Source: Octopus sinensis (Eukaryota). From it: a stretch of DNA of 64,000 nucleotides. The notes under the pieces were generated by a model. The model had not been told where the DNA came from and did not search any database. It saw nothing but the letters and a program-made list of their open reading frames with translations. Positions 40,130 to 54,736 of this stretch are shown here, one piece after another. Each line of letters opens with the position of its first letter. Position 1 is the first letter of the stretch. The stretch spans positions 6,882,001 to 6,946,000 of the forward strand of contig NC_042999.1 in NCBI RefSeq assembly GCF_006345805.1, given 5' to 3'. A program made the translations under genes and the position numbers.

Positions 40130-40376
40130 TCAATGTTCACAGAACACCAAAATGCAGCAAAGGTTGAATAAAGAGGCAATTTTCATCAATAAATATCTCC
40201 CCCAACTAAATATGAACACACAACTTAATACAGAACACCACGAACCCTTCAATTAAAACCACTAACCCCTATACACTCCCTACACCATTCACATTACAAT
40301 TCTATATCTAAATCCAGAACTATTTACCCCCCCCCCTTACAAATAATCCAGAACTACTTACCTCCCTTACAAATAA
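40130..40376 (+). repeat. Inverted duplicate of the Penelope 3' region
   Basis: Reverse complement of 39344-39584, including the ~29-30 nt tandem repeat. Confidence 0.9.
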
Positions 40377-40386
40377 ATGTTTGGGG

Positions 40387-40434
<48 letters not shown>

Positions 40435-40511
40435 ATATATCTATCTGGTTATATGGCTATACATACATCCGTACATACTCACATACACGCTTATAGATAT
40501 ATGCATGTAAG

Positions 40512-40561
<50 letters not shown>

Positions 40562-40582
40562 ATCTATATTATATATATATAT

Positions 40583-40613
<31 letters not shown>

Positions 40614-42647
40614 ATATCTATATATGGGGTGGGTTTAACTGATAAAATTCATCCGAAAATATGTCAACTACTCATCTTATTAACAGACGATGGATGAAAA
40701 AATTCGTCTCCTCAGACAGAATTTGAACTGGAGGACGCTGAGGAACTGAAATAAATACTGACAACTATTTAGAATGGTGTTGTGTATTTCTTGTATGTCC
40801 GCCATCTTTGAGTTTGGAAACAATAAGTTTCACTTCCCATATACGGGTGTTGAAATTACCGTCTGTATTTCACAAACGTGTTACATTTAGAAATCTTAAT
40901 AAAGTGAAACTTACTGCCGTTGTTGAAATTGTCGAAACACGAGAGACTTTAAGTGCTATTACCTCCAAATTTTGTTTTCAGCTAAATCACGATAATGAAT
41001 TTAAAGAAGTCTCATGCATATAAAGATATTAGTGTTTGTTGTGACTTCGAAAGAAATTTAGCACTAATAATTCCGCCAAAGTTAAAACGAAAGCTCTGTC
41101 TGCTACGAGAGGTGTTGAAACATCGACTCGTATTTAAATTTCATCACAACTTATAGTTTCTGCTTTCTTCGTTTGGTGTTTTACGAATTAGTCTTTTCCG
41201 AAAACTTGGCTGAATCATGGAAGCCAAAATTAGAAATTTGTAGACTCAGAGAAGGAGTCTCTTGATGTATCACCACGAAAAAAAAAACTGAGGCTATGTC
41301 GTGTTGCTGGAGACGGGCTTGAGATAAAAAGTTGTCACTTCTATTCTGGCTCAATAAACGCCTTAGGAAGTGGACATTTAGAAAATCTAGATAAACCATT
41401 TCGTGGCGATCACCGTAGCGTGACGGAAGCGTGGTCTCGTGTTCTGTTTTCAACTTGTAATTCCAATTTCTTCATAACGAGGGAACATTTATTTACCTTT
41501 ACCAAATCCATTTGAAGAATGAAAACCATAACATCCTGGCATTTGCATTTCTTATTATATCAGCTAATTCTATACAATTCTTACTCATTCACAGGAAACT
41601 TACAATTGTAAACGCACAATTGTTATTCTGAAGCACTCCAGACATTCGCTCTTAAAACTGTGTACATACCAAAATAGCCATCCATTATGTATAATGCTTA
41701 TGCATACACAGACACACACACACACGCACCTAAGTTCTATTATCGTTATATATTTATGGAGTAATGACTGATCACCTGTGACATGCCATCTCATATAATC
41801 AATAATAATTGATCGAATGCAGAAGTATTGATATCAAATTTGTAGCTACATGATATCGTACTGATATATTAATCATACACACGTCCACATGTGAATATAT
41901 CTCCAAGATAAATAGTTTATGAGTTCTACAGTAGCTTATAGAAATAGATCTCGTATATGAGGTGTTTTCTTACAGTGTTTAGTCAACATTATTCACGCCA
42001 TTCGTAAGGCAACGAGTAATATACCAGAGATACAAAGGCCGAGCCAAGGAATCGAAACGCTTGAAAACCTGCAATTTGCCGTTATGTTCTTTTTAAAAAA
42101 CTTTAGTCGATGTAATCAGTTTTTGTGGTTATTCGGTAAAGGTTTTCTTTATTCCAGAAAGAATAAAGAGGAAGTCGAATTGTTTATATTTCAATCGAAA
42201 ACAAGAAATACTGAATTATTTAATGAATGCCCACCAGCAACATCGAAATATCGATTTGTTTCGATTAGCGCCAGTAATGAATGCTAGAATTTAATGTGGT
42301 GGATGGAACCGGCATTAGTGTATTATTAGTGCGAGGGTGTAGTGGCCAAGTGGTTAAGGTGTTGCACTAACAATTATGAGACTTTGCTTTCAATTACTGG
42401 ACCGAGTGCTGCGTTGCACTCTTGAGCAAGATATTTCATCTCACGTTGCTCCTTAGACATCTGACGTGTGCTACCCCATGCACGTGGTCAGACAACATAG
42501 ACTAGATGGACAGAATAAGCTAATCTACTTCACAGACATTTAATCATTATAATCAAATCGCTTCTTCAGCAAGAAATTGAAGAAACGTCTTTCTCGGACT
42601 AAAAGTCACTACCATCACCATCACTATATTATTATTATTATTTCGGG

Positions 42648-42990
42648 TGGAGGCGCAATGGTCCAGTGGTTAGGGTAGTGGACTTGCGATTTCGATTCCC
42701 AGACCGGGCGTTGAAAGTGTTTATTGAGCGAGGCTCCGGCAGGGGGTGGTGGCGAACCCTGCTGTACTCTTTCACCACAACTTTCTTCATGTTTCTGTTG
42801 TATTTTTATTTCAAAGGGGCCACCCTTGTCACACTCTGTGTCACACTGAATCTCCTCCGGGAACTACGTTAAAAGTACACGTGTCTGTGGAGTGCTCAGC
42901 CACTTACACGTTAATTTCACGAGCAGGTTGTTCCATTGATCGACTCAACTGGAATCCCCGTCGTCGTAATCGATGGAGTGCCAACCAATT
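42648..42990 (+). mobile_element. Family D SINE with a third tail type
   Basis: GTGGAGGCGCAATGG head; tail GTGCTCAGCCACTTACACGTTAATTTCACGAGCAGG shared with 14575-14840. Confidence 0.7.
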
Positions 42991-43084
42991 TGTATTTAGG
43001 GTATTTTTAGGATTTCTGCGTTGAATAAAAGGCAGGTCAATCCTTGTGGAATTTATTTGCATATGGCGGAGGGCTGAGACTAAA

Positions 43085-43300
43085 TATTGGTTTGGAATTT
43101 TGCCACAAGGCTAGCAATTTAGGGGGACGGAGTAATCGAATACATCGACCCCAATGCTCAGCTGGTGCTTATTTTATCGAAACTGAAAGGATGAAAGGCA
43201 AAATCAACCTTGGCGGAGTTTGAATTCAGAACGAAAAGGTGGGCGGAATACCGCTAAGCATTTTACTTGGTGGTATTAACCACTGTGGCAGCTCACTGCC
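43085..43300 (-). mobile_element. Old family C SINE
   Basis: TTTTGCCACAAGGCTAGCAATTT tail and GAAAGGATGAAAGGCAAA body. Confidence 0.7.
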
Positions 43301-43754
43301 TTAAATCGAGGCTAAATATTATAAAGTGTTGTCATCATTTCGGTTTGTGTTTTTTCCGCAAAACTCGTTAACTAACCCATGAACCTTTCGTTGGTTGCTT
43401 GTTCAATATTATGGTAATTTATTGCTGTTGTCAACAACAGTTTTACAAAAGGACTGGCACGTTGACATTTAGAAAAAGAATACAGATTGTGTTTTAATGG
43501 CAATAACAATAGGAGAGTGGATTACCCTGAAAATAGAATAAAAACCTGCTGGCGAATTCCTTTCAGTCTGCTGGGTCATATTAATACCTTAATAAGGTAT
43601 CATAATTCTTCATATTGAAATATTGATTGCACATATATCGAAGTAGGAATGTCTGCTGTATTCGTATTCTTTGCAGAGGCATTGTGTCTTTGTCTACATT
43701 GCTCTACAGGTACGACATGGTTGATTAGAAGAATAAGCATTAGAAACCGTAGGG

Positions 43755-43980
43755 TGCCGAGGTGGCAGAAACGTTAGCACGCCGGGCGAAATGCTTAGCA
43801 GTATTTCGTCTGCGCTACGTTCTGAGTTCAAATTCCGCCGAGGTCGACTTTGCCTTTCATCCTTTCGGGGTCGATAAATTAAGTACCAGTTATGCCCTGG
43901 GGTCGATGTAATCGACTTAATCCGTTTGTCTATTCTTGTTTGTCCCCTCTATGTTTAGCCCCTTGTGGGCAATAAAGAAA
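43755..43980 (+). mobile_element. Family A SINE with imperfect TSD
   Basis: AATAAGCATTA-x-AAACC on both sides. Confidence 0.85.
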
Positions 43981-46423
43981 TAAGCATTACAAACCTATTA
44001 TTGGTACTTCAACGTATCTAGATAAGACGGTTTGAGTTCATAATGCCTTAAATGGCGCAGCCGTAAGAGAGCAACTTATCAGGGAGTACTATTAGTCATG
44101 AGTACATGCCTTATCCAGAACAATACACACATACAAATATTTCATTAATTTTCCCCCAGGTCTTCTTCCTTGCTTGCTATACAAAATAGGTTGGTTTGAA
44201 TTTTTATTGATTATTTCAAGGTTAGTTTTTACGAGGGAAAACTATTGTCTGTTAAGTGACTCAATGTGTCTTACAGATACTTTCTACGCTTCTCTGATAT
44301 CAAAACCAAAGATAATTCCGGGCAGTTCTATTCTTCAGTTTTAGTCTAAACATATTATGCCGCCATCTACATTAATTTCACCGAGTTGTATATATTTTGT
44401 GATGTTTTCTTCGATGGTAAATTTGATATCAATCTATATTGTTATTAAGAAATGTCTCCTTATTATATGATGACCTTTAGTCGTCGTATTCATACGAAGT
44501 GACGATGTCTTTAGTGCAATAATTTCCGACACTTCTTGTCCCCGCTCAAGATCCGAAACTCGCGGTGAGTCAAGTTTATTTTATTTATGAAGTTCGTACA
44601 CTTGAGAAATGAATTAATAACGCAACACCTATCTTGGCGTCGTACAAATTCAATATGAAGAATCATTCAATGACGGACACTTGTGACCGTGCGAGGTTAA
44701 GTAACTGACTTAGTCCAAACTTATTGATTCAATCGAAACAAAATATTTTCAACAATTTCCCAAATGATTCCGACAATTCCTTTTAATTTGATTTGTTTCC
44801 AATATGGACACACTGAACTCTAGAATCAACTTGATAACTCTTTTGAATATATCTTTAATAGAAATAATCTTCAAGACATCCAAATATAAATATTCTAATT
44901 TGAAATCCGCCGCTGCGCGAACTCTTTAATATCCACAGCTGCTGGTTGTACTCAAATGACACTAATAAGTTGTCTGCTACATGCGATCGAGTGATATTAA
45001 TTCATTTTATCTAAAAATCTTATCAGTTAGATGAAGACATGAGCAAAGAATAAATCATATTAAGCAAAAGACATTCTGCTACAGGATTGTTTCGGTGATT
45101 ATCATTTAAAGGACTTTTATTTATCAAAGTGTTAATATTTGATGTGTGAGTTGAAAATCGCTTTCAGAACCGCATTTCATCTCCATTTTCACAACTGAAA
45201 TCAATACGATGTCGTTTACAGAATTTATAATAAATTTTATAAAGTTTGGCTGAAAGATTTTGATAAATACAAGACTAACCAAAAGTTGAATAATACAAAA
45301 ATAAAATGAACAAACGATTTCATAACAAAATGGCGAATAAAGAGCAGGAACCGATGAAATGTGTAAATAGAAGCATCATCAATATTTATTTCTATATTTG
45401 AGAAGATGTCATTGCCAGATTGCTTCTTGAATCTCAAGTAATAAAATATGAAATTAGACTCAAAAACAGATTGTTTACATGAAATCTTCAACTGCAATTG
45501 ATTGGAAAAGGAAAATCGATACATTTACTTGTTATCTTTTATCGGTATTCTTCATGTTTAATGAGATTTAATTAATACGAATGGCCTTGAATATCCTTGA
45601 AGTAATACTTATATAGTATGACAAATTTGTAGAGATTTGAAAGTAAATAACATGACGTCACACGACTACGACAAGGGGTCTAATGGAAGGAGAATGTCGA
45701 ACTGTTTAGGGATCTCAGGGACCCTCTCTATCAACGGTCAACATGCATCACTTTCATTTGACCCAGTTAACAAAACTGTAAATTGATATCCCGTGATGTC
45801 ATACGTGACTAAGGTAAACAATATATACCTATAGTCAACAGGCGTTTTGTTCAATTGCACCTCGAGTACATGAACCAAATTTATGTCACAACAAAAAGTT
45901 TCACACACGTGATTTCTCTGGCACTGACAACGATTACAAGGAAATAATAATTTCATCATAATACAGAGCAAGACTAGAAATTTGAAATTGAAATTGAAAT
46001 TAAGGAATTATTAGGAAAAATAAAACAGAGGCACAGAGTACACAAATTAAATCTGTATTTACTTAATGCGAAGATCTTAAAATTTGCTCTTGATACTCAT
46101 GCATCACTCAGTTTCATTCTTCTTAGAACATGTCAACGTCACATAAACCGCGACTTGTTAACGAAACGCTTTATGAAAGGAGACATTTTGAGAGTCACTC
46201 CATATTAAGACTTTTTCGGTCAAGTAAAATATTAAATAATGGACAGCCATTCAGTATAAAACAGTGATATAAATATTGCAAATGTTATGATGGAATGCAG
46301 TTTAAAGGTTACTAATTAATGTTATTGATACCACCTGAAGCACCGCATTAGGTGTAGGATAAAAGAAAAAAAACCTACATGTTAGTGTGAAGGGAACCAA
46401 CGTTTCTTCTTCATAGTTGTGAG

Positions 46424-46770
46424 CGGTATTTCGTCTGCCGTTACGTTCTGAATTCAAATTCCGCCGAGGTCGACTTTGCCTTTCATCCTTTCGGGGTCGA
46501 TTAAATAAGTGCCAGTTACACACTGGGGTCGATGTAATCGACTCAATTCCTTTGTCTGTCCTTGTTTGTCCCCTCTGTGTTTAGCCCCTTGTGGGTAGTA
46601 AAGAAATATATAATATGGCGTGGCTGTGTGGTAAGAAGCTTGCTTCTCAACCACATGATTTCAGGTTCAGTTCTACTGGGTGGAACCTTGGTTAAGTGTC
46701 TTCTAGTACAGCTTCGGGCCAACCAAATTTTGTAAATGGATTTGGTAGACGGAAACTGAAAGAAGCCCAT

Positions 46771-46826
<56 letters not shown>

Positions 46827-47076
46827 ACTACATATAAATGTATATGTATATGTGGTGTGTGTATATCTTTGTATCTGTGTTTGTCTACCACGAAAGATTG
46901 ACAACCAGTGTTGATGTGGTTAAATCCCCGTAACTTACCGGTTTGACAAAAGATATCGATAGAATAAGTACAATGTTTGCAAAAAAGTACTGGGGTTGAT
47001 TCATTCGATTAAAAATTCTTCATGCTGGTGCCCCAGTATGGCCGCAGTCAAATGACTGAAGCAAGTGAGAGTAAAA
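46424..47076 (+). mobile_element. Head-truncated family A SINE followed directly by a family B SINE
   Basis: GCGGTATTTCGTC...GTAAAGAAATA then GGCGTGGCTGTGTGGTAAG... Confidence 0.8.
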
Positions 47077-47472
47077 AAGGTATGCGGTAATATATTTGAT
47101 CATACATTTCGGAGGGACAATTGTCCGGCAAGTGATTGCAACTGAGACCGACCGAGGGTTGAAATTAAAATGATTGTAATGAAGATGACAGATATTAACC
47201 GTTCAAAAAGCGTACAAACACTGACACCGAGGTGCGACGAAAATTTCGACACCAAAGAATGCTTTTTACTGGAGGCAACAAGCAAGGGTATTAGTTTGAC
47301 GCTCAGGAAAAATAGAAAAGTCCTTTACGTTTCGAGCCTACGATCTTCAATAGAAAAGAACACGGGGATATAAACAGAGAGAGAATGATATATAAACATA
47401 CACACATTTACACACACATACACGCACACACACATATGTATATATATATATATATGTATGTATATATATATA

Positions 47473-47531
<59 letters not shown>

Positions 47532-47723
47532 TTATACACACATATATATATATATGTGTGTCTTTTTGTCTGTGTTTTTCTCCTACCACCAATTTACAAC
47601 CGTTGTTGGTATGTTTATGTCTCCATAAACTAGCGGTTCGGCAAGAGCAACCGATGGAATAAGTCAAAATACCGCTAAGCATTTCGCCCGCCGTCCTAAC
47701 GAGTCTGCCAATTGACCACCTTG

Positions 47724-47787
<64 letters not shown>

Positions 47788-47799
47788 TAATAATCATAA

Positions 47800-49030
47800 T
47801 ATTGGAATTGAACTCAGAACGTAACGGCAGACGATATACCACTAAGCATTTTGCTCGGCATGTTAACGGTTCTGCCAGCTCGTCGCCTAAAATCTAAATA
47901 ACAATGGTCTCAAATTTTGGTAGGAGAAGGTCGTCAGTTTGAGAGGGAGCAGGAAGTCAATAACAATCGACTTCAGGGTTCAACAAGGTCTCATTTTACG
48001 GACCCGAAAGCATGGAAGGCAAAGTCGACCTCGGCAGTATTTGAACCAGGAACGTAACCAGTCAGAAGGAATGCTGTTAATCATTTCTGACAGTTCGTCG
48101 TCTTCTGAATCGAAATTAAAATGATTTCAAATTTTGGCACAAGGCCAGCAATTTTCCGGAGAGGGTTAAGTAGATTACATCGACCCAAGTGTTCAACAGG
48201 GACTTATTTTTATCGATCTATTTCGGTAAAGGGCAAAGTCGAGGTATTTGAACCAAGGAAATAATGAATGGGAAGAAATACCATTAAGCATTTCGACCAC
48301 AGTGTTTAAAAGGGATTTATTTTAGCAACCCCGAAAGGATGAAATGCAAGGACGACCTCGGGGGAATTCGAACGGAGAACGTGAAGACGGACGCATAAAT
48401 GCTAATCATTTTGCCCCGCGTGCTAGCGATTCTGCCAGCTCTCCGCCTTAACCTAAATAATAATAATGATGGTTTCAAATTTTGGCACAAGGCTAGCAGA
48501 TTTGAGGGAGGGGTTAAATCAATGGCATCGACCCCGAGAGGATGAAAAGTAAGGCCGACTTCGACGGGATTAGAACTCAAAAGGCGGAGACGGGCGAAAT
48601 GGCTCTAAACATTTTGCTTGGGGGCGCTAACCATTCAGCCAGTTTCGCCGCCTTTAATAATCCTTTCTGCTGTCGGCACAAAGTCTGAAATATTGAGGGA
48701 TAGGAATAGTTGACGTAATCGATCTCAGGGTGAAACTGGTACTTATTTCATCGACCCCGAAGAGAGGAACGCCAAAGTCGATCTCGATGGAATTTGAACA
48801 CAAAACGTTAAGAGCTCCAAGACATTCCGCTGAGCATTTTGTTCGGCATGCTTACCACCGTTGGTTTTAGATTTTGGCACAAGGCCGGCAAATTCGGAGA
48901 GGGGGAGAAATCGATTATATCGATCTCAGTGTTTAAACAGTAATTATTTTGTCGACCCCGAAAGATGACAGGCAAGGTCGGCCCGGGCCGAATTTGAACT
49001 CAGGACGGACGGACGAAATGCCGGTAAATT
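47800..49030 (-). mobile_element. Cluster of about seven old family A/C SINE copies in the same orientation
   Basis: Repeated GGCACAAGGC tails, TCGACCCCGAA bodies and TTTGAAC B-box remnants. Confidence 0.7.
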
Positions 49031-49570
49031 CTTCAAAATGGACGGGAAAAAAGTTTTCTATTCTTTTTCCAATGAAGGAATGTAATTGAACAATGGCAAG
49101 AAATGAAGTGAGGTGACATAAACCAAGAGGTTTACTCCAACATCTTAGTTGCAGCCATTAATCTTGAAAGAATTACAGAACCAGACCCCGAAAATACAAA
49201 TAATAATAATAATAGTAATAATAAAAAGAAACGAAACGAACAAAAACGAAATAAAAATAGACGGGAAACAAAAAGTACAAGAGTGGGAGACGGAATATCA
49301 TGATTTGAATTGACAAGTGTATGTATGTTTTGTGAATAGATGTAAAGTCTGCTGGCATCTGTTGTAGTGCTAACAGCTAATTACAACCAATCTTTATTAC
49401 CATCCTATTATTCCACCATCTCGCCGCGCACTCGAGGTAATTACAATGAATAATTATTAATGGCAAATAAAGAGAAAGAAGGAAAAGAAATAAAAAAATA
49501 GACAATTATTTCTCAATATTTTAATCAAGGTTTCTAGACTATTAATGTGCTGCTATACCTATTATTATTA

Positions 49571-49611
<41 letters not shown>

Positions 49612-49779
49612 GACGAATCATCATTCTGTTTTGCCTTTTACTCTCTCTCTCTCTCTCCCTTGCTTTCAGTCAATCTTTTTGTGAATTGTGCACACACATA
49701 TATGTACATACGTGGACATACAATCATGCATATACATATACACACATTGACACACACAGACATATATATATATATATAT

Positions 49780-49830
<51 letters not shown>

Positions 49831-51377
49831 TATAGTGAAAGAAATGTATGTGTATGTACATATTATGTTTATATACATCCATTTATATGCATGCGTATAT
49901 GTGTGTGTGTATATATGTACACACACACACATATATATAAATGTATATATATATATATTATATGGACAAATGTATATATATATATATATATATATATATG
50001 CATATATACACATATATATATGCATATGAAAGAAATGTATGTGTATATTATATAATGTATGTATATATGTTTATATATATACATATATATGTATACGTAT
50101 ATATATGGGTGTGTATGAGTCACACACATACACACACTCGCATATATATGTGCATACGCACATACAAACACCCATATATATATATATGTATATATACCAC
50201 TTTATAAACACACTTAGAATTTAATGGTACCACAAGAACATTGATGTCCATTTATATTGAAGCATTCATCGAAACACTTACAGACGACACCCAGGCACAC
50301 ATACACGCATAATACACACACACATACACATACACATACACATGTGTATGTATATATATATATATGTGTGTGTTATGTGTGTTTATATACACACTCATTA
50401 CATACATCCATTCATACCAATATAATTCGTGCTCCCACCCCTTACCGTTCCTACTATTATATTGTCTTATTTTATTACAGTCACAGATAAAATTGCATGA
50501 AATACATCGATGGAGTTGTCATGTCGAGATTTTGTTACGCTGTACCATTTCTTCTCTCCAAGACAGATTTAGTCTTACTTCATTTTCCTTTTGTTTTAAC
50601 ATTTCTCTTTTCTAATATTTTATATTCTCCGAAATTCTTTAATAGTAGAGCAGAGATATTTATTTCTTCTCTCAGCCGTGGAAATAATTTTATGACAAGC
50701 TTTATTCATTCAAAATATTTTATATTTTCATTTCCTTCTTATTATTCAGCTGAGGTCAACCTTTCACTATGAAGAGATGGATTAAACAGAGTAATAAATT
50801 TGTTAAAGGGTGTGATGGTGGTGGTAGTGGTGTGGGTGTGAGATGTGGTTCGGGTGAAGTAGAGGGTGGTGTGTGTGTGTGTAAGGTGATGGTGGAAGAT
50901 ATCCGTATGTTGTTGCTAGAACTCTCTTAGCATTTCCTTGCTATTGGCCTCCTGCTTAAGAATCATGCATATATGTATTCTATGAATATATAAATAACGA
51001 AATGGATGTATTCCGTAGATCATATTTTTGCGTAAATTGCAAAAATATATTGATATCTTTATTTTAACACAATTGCATGCATGTCGACGCATAAACGTAC
51101 ACAGCTAAATTCGAACACACACACATGCATACACACATGTATAAAATCGATGTAAAAATCCATTCTCATGAATAAAAACATTGCTTTAGCAAGCAATGCA
51201 AAAGTGTGTGCGTGTATATATATATATATATATATATGTTGTGTGTGTGTGTGTGTGCATGCGCTGGTGTGTGTGCGTAGGTGTGGGTTTGAGTCTATAT
51301 TGTATGCATACACACACACACAACATTCGCGAAAATATTCAACTAATAGACACCCCTTAAATACGGACCGTCTAACC

Positions 51378-51612
51378 TATTTCTTTACTACCCGCAAGGG
51401 GCTAAACACAGACGGGACAAACAAGGCCAGACAGACGGATTAAGTCGATTACATCGACCCCAGTGCGTAACTGGTACTTAATTTATCGACCCCGAAAGGA
51501 TGAAAGGCAAAGTCAACCTCAGCGGAATGTGAACTCAGAACGTAACGGCAGACGTAATACGGCTACGCATTTCGCCCGGTGTGCTAACGTTTCTGCCAGC
51601 TCGCCGCCTCAC
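51378..51612 (-). mobile_element. Full-length family A SINE with 15 bp TSD
   Basis: ACGGACCGTCTAACC at 51363-51377 and 51613-51627. Confidence 0.92.
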
Positions 51613-52099
51613 ACGGACCGTCTAACCAAGCGACCCCTATGTCTATGGTTCAGGACGACAAGTCTTGCTTTTGTTTCCAACTTTAAGTTCAAGTCATTCA
51701 ATTCCTCGTTGAATGAGACAGGCATTATTCTATCAAATCTGATATTTGAATGGCCTCCGGGTTTGAGATAAGTGGACACAACCTCGCTGCCATCACCTGC
51801 TTCCCCAGAATCCATAAGAATTTCACTTGTAAATTAACCAATCTGATATATTCTTTCTCTATCGAAATGCTTCAGAAAATCCTTGGCTCAGGAGAGAATA
51901 TAATAGAATCATCGAACTTGATATAATGATCGGTCATTTCTGATTATTTTTAATGGATACAAATGGAGGTTCGAACTATCCATTACGACAGGGTCGAGAT
52001 ATCTGATATCGCTAGAGTATTCGTTCTGGACACCTTAAAAATTGTACACACCCTACAGTTTGGCCCCCTACAGTGACGATTGTGTGACAATCTCTAGCC

Positions 52100-52175
52100 C
52101 AGTGTTTCCCAACCATTTTACCCTTGCGTAATCCTTAAAATAAATTACATGTCTCAAGGAACCCCACAAAAAATT
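52100..52175 (+). mobile_element. hAT (Charlie-like) left end, tentative
   Basis: CAGTGTTTCCCAACC preceded by CTCTAGCC (Charlie-type TCTAG target). No right end found. Confidence 0.4.
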
Positions 52176-52239
52176 TTTTCCCATATCTTTCTCATATTTT
52201 TCCATTATTGTTCAATGTGGTAAATATCATATATATATA

Positions 52240-52642
52240 GGCGCAGGAGTGGCTGTGTGGTAAGTAGCTTGTTTACCAACCACATGGTTCCGGGTTCAGT
52301 CCCACTGCGTGGCACCTTGGGCAAGTGTCTTCAACTATAGCTTCGGGCCGACCAAAGCCTTGTGAGCGGATTTGGTAGACGGAAACTGAAATAAGCCCGT
52401 CGTATATATATATGTATGTGTACGTGTATGTTTGTGTGTCTGTGTTTGTCCCATCCAGCATCGCTTGACAACCGATGCTGGTGTGTTTATGTCCCCGTTA
52501 CTTAGCGGTTCGGCAAAAGAGACCGATAGAATAAGTACTAGGCTTACAAAGAATAAGTCACAGGGTTGAGTTGCTCGATTAAAGGCGGTGCTCCAGCATG
52601 GCCGCAGTCAAATGACTGAAACAAGTAAAAAGAGAAAGAGAA
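52240..52642 (+). mobile_element. Full-length family B SINE
   Basis: Complete head to tail. Confidence 0.9.
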
Positions 52643-52778
52643 AGAGAATATATTTATGTACGTGTGTGAGTGTGTATGTATATATATATATATATATATA
52701 TATAAATGGTATATATACACATACACACACATATATATATATATATTATATATATATATATATATTATATATATATAT

Positions 52779-52812
<34 letters not shown>

Positions 52813-52932
52813 ATATATATATAAATGGTATATATACACATACACACACATATATATATATATACATACATATACATACATATATATATGCACATATATA
52901 TACATGTGCATATATTATGCATACATATATAT

Positions 52933-52966
<34 letters not shown>

Positions 52967-52968
<2 letters not shown>

Positions 52969-53209
52969 CGAGCAAAGCGCCCCCGACCAATGGACGGTGA
53001 TGATGTACTTGCGCGTACAAATGCACGTTCCCACGGCTTTATCGATCGCATTCTCACCTGGAATCGATTTTTGTAATTTTTTCAAGACTTATATACGCCC
53101 TGATACCGTCGGTATCTACTTATCAAATTTGAGCCCAATCGGATGGAGGATGCCCGAGATCCTAGAAGACACAAACACACAAATAGACAAAATGGATTTT
53201 ATATGAGAT
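52967..53209 (+). mobile_element. Non-autonomous Helitron/Helentron-like element (Lep1/HINE-like layout)
   Basis: TACGAGCAAAGCGCCC start, CAAATTTGAGCCCAATCGG, ACAAACACACAAATAGACAAA and TTTTATAT end, the layout typical of this class. Confidence 0.5.
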
Positions 53210-53224
53210 GCATGTATATATCTA

Positions 53225-53303
<79 letters not shown>

Positions 53304-53342
53304 AATCATATCAAAGGGAAATGGAAATTAAATGTATTAGTC

Positions 53343-53819
53343 ATAAGATACAGTGTACATTTAAACACATGAGGAATCCACTCATAGGATTCAACACGCT
53401 AGAAAGGACAGCTAGGTTCTATAACCACAAAATTAGTTTTTGGATAATTTTCGGTTTTTAAAAGTTGGCATTTTTTATTGCTGGCGAAGGGCTGCCGCTG
53501 CGCAGAAGATTTTGAAAAAGTTAGGATGTATAAACAAGGGGCACGTAGCTTGATCTTCTCGTGTTTATACGTTTAACCCAAAGTATTCCTGCTGAAGACG
53601 ATTTCACCTGGCGAGTGTATATGTTATTCATTTACTGGCTAAACTAAAATCAGAAACCAATTGATCCAGGAAACTAAAAGGTAAAATGTTTTTATTTTTC
53701 ATTTCGTTCCTGTAGAATTTTATCCCTAATTTTGTGGTTATAGAACCTAGCTGTTCTTTCTAGCGTGTTGAATCCCATGAGTGGATTCCTAATGTGTTTA
53801 AATGTACACTGTATCTTAT
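53343..53819 (+). mobile_element. Foldback element with 94 bp terminal inverted repeats enclosing a hammerhead ribozyme
   Basis: Arms 53343-53436 and 53726-53819, embedded between (TCTA)n tracts. Confidence 0.85.
53586..53672 (+). ncRNA. Type I hammerhead ribozyme
   Basis: TTCCTG-CTGAAGA-C-GATTT...AAATC-A-GAAA-CCAATTGA-TC-CAGGAA: 6 bp stem I, intact core, long stem II, cleavage predicted after C53666. Confidence 0.75.
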
Positions 53820-53822
53820 ATC

Positions 53823-53918
<96 letters not shown>

Positions 53919-53937
53919 ATATATATATATATTATAT

Positions 53938-53990
<53 letters not shown>

Positions 53991-54017
53991 ATATATATAT
54001 ATATATGCATGTATATA

Positions 54018-54640
54018 TGTGGTCTGATAAGTAAGTATTCGGACTGGCGCCATAGTAACGAAACTAAAGCACGCAACGTAAAGCCACTTGTCACAGATTG
54101 ACTTTGAACTCCGCTGTCGATGCGGACTAAGTTTTAATGTTCTAGCTCACTTTCGCAGTGCTTGAAAGGAATGCGTGTAGCGTGTGATTGTCGTACTGGT
54201 CATAACAGACAGTTGAGCAGAGAATATGCATTAAATCTTGCCAAAAGCTTGTGGATACCTGTTTTTCTGTGGATAACTGTTTCCTCAGTTCTGCTGATTG
54301 CGTGTCTCCCAGAACGTTTGTCAATATCGACATATTTTCTGTCATCCTGGAAACGTCTGAACCACGCGCTCACTTGTTCACGGCTCATACACTCCTCTCC
54401 ATACAATTTCTGACTCTCTGCACAGGCCTCTGAACAGGTATCACCATGATAACGTTCTCTGTCATGATCAATGCGACGATCACACGCTACACACCTTCCT
54501 TCCAAGCACTGCTGTAAAGGACGAAAGTGAGCTAGAATGTTAATACTTAGTGTGTGTGCGCAGCAGAGTTCATGGTCAATCTTAGTCAAGCGGCTGCACT
54601 CTGCGTGTTTTAGCTTCGTTACTATAGCAACAGAACCTCG
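54018..54640 (-). mobile_element. Internally deleted mariner element (HTH remnant) with TIRs and TA TSD
   Basis: TA|TGTGGTCTG... and ...CAGAACCTCG|TA ends with shared subterminal ATAGTAACGAA. Minus frame KLYGEECMSREQVSAWFRRFQDDR...DKRSGRHAISRTEE. Confidence 0.8.
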
Positions 54641-54650
54641 TATATACATG

Positions 54651-54735
<85 letters not shown>

Positions 54736-54736
54736 C

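Noticed and set aside
41181-41453. 90 aa minus-strand ORF in unique sequence
   Set aside because: No recognisable domain or convincing splice sites.
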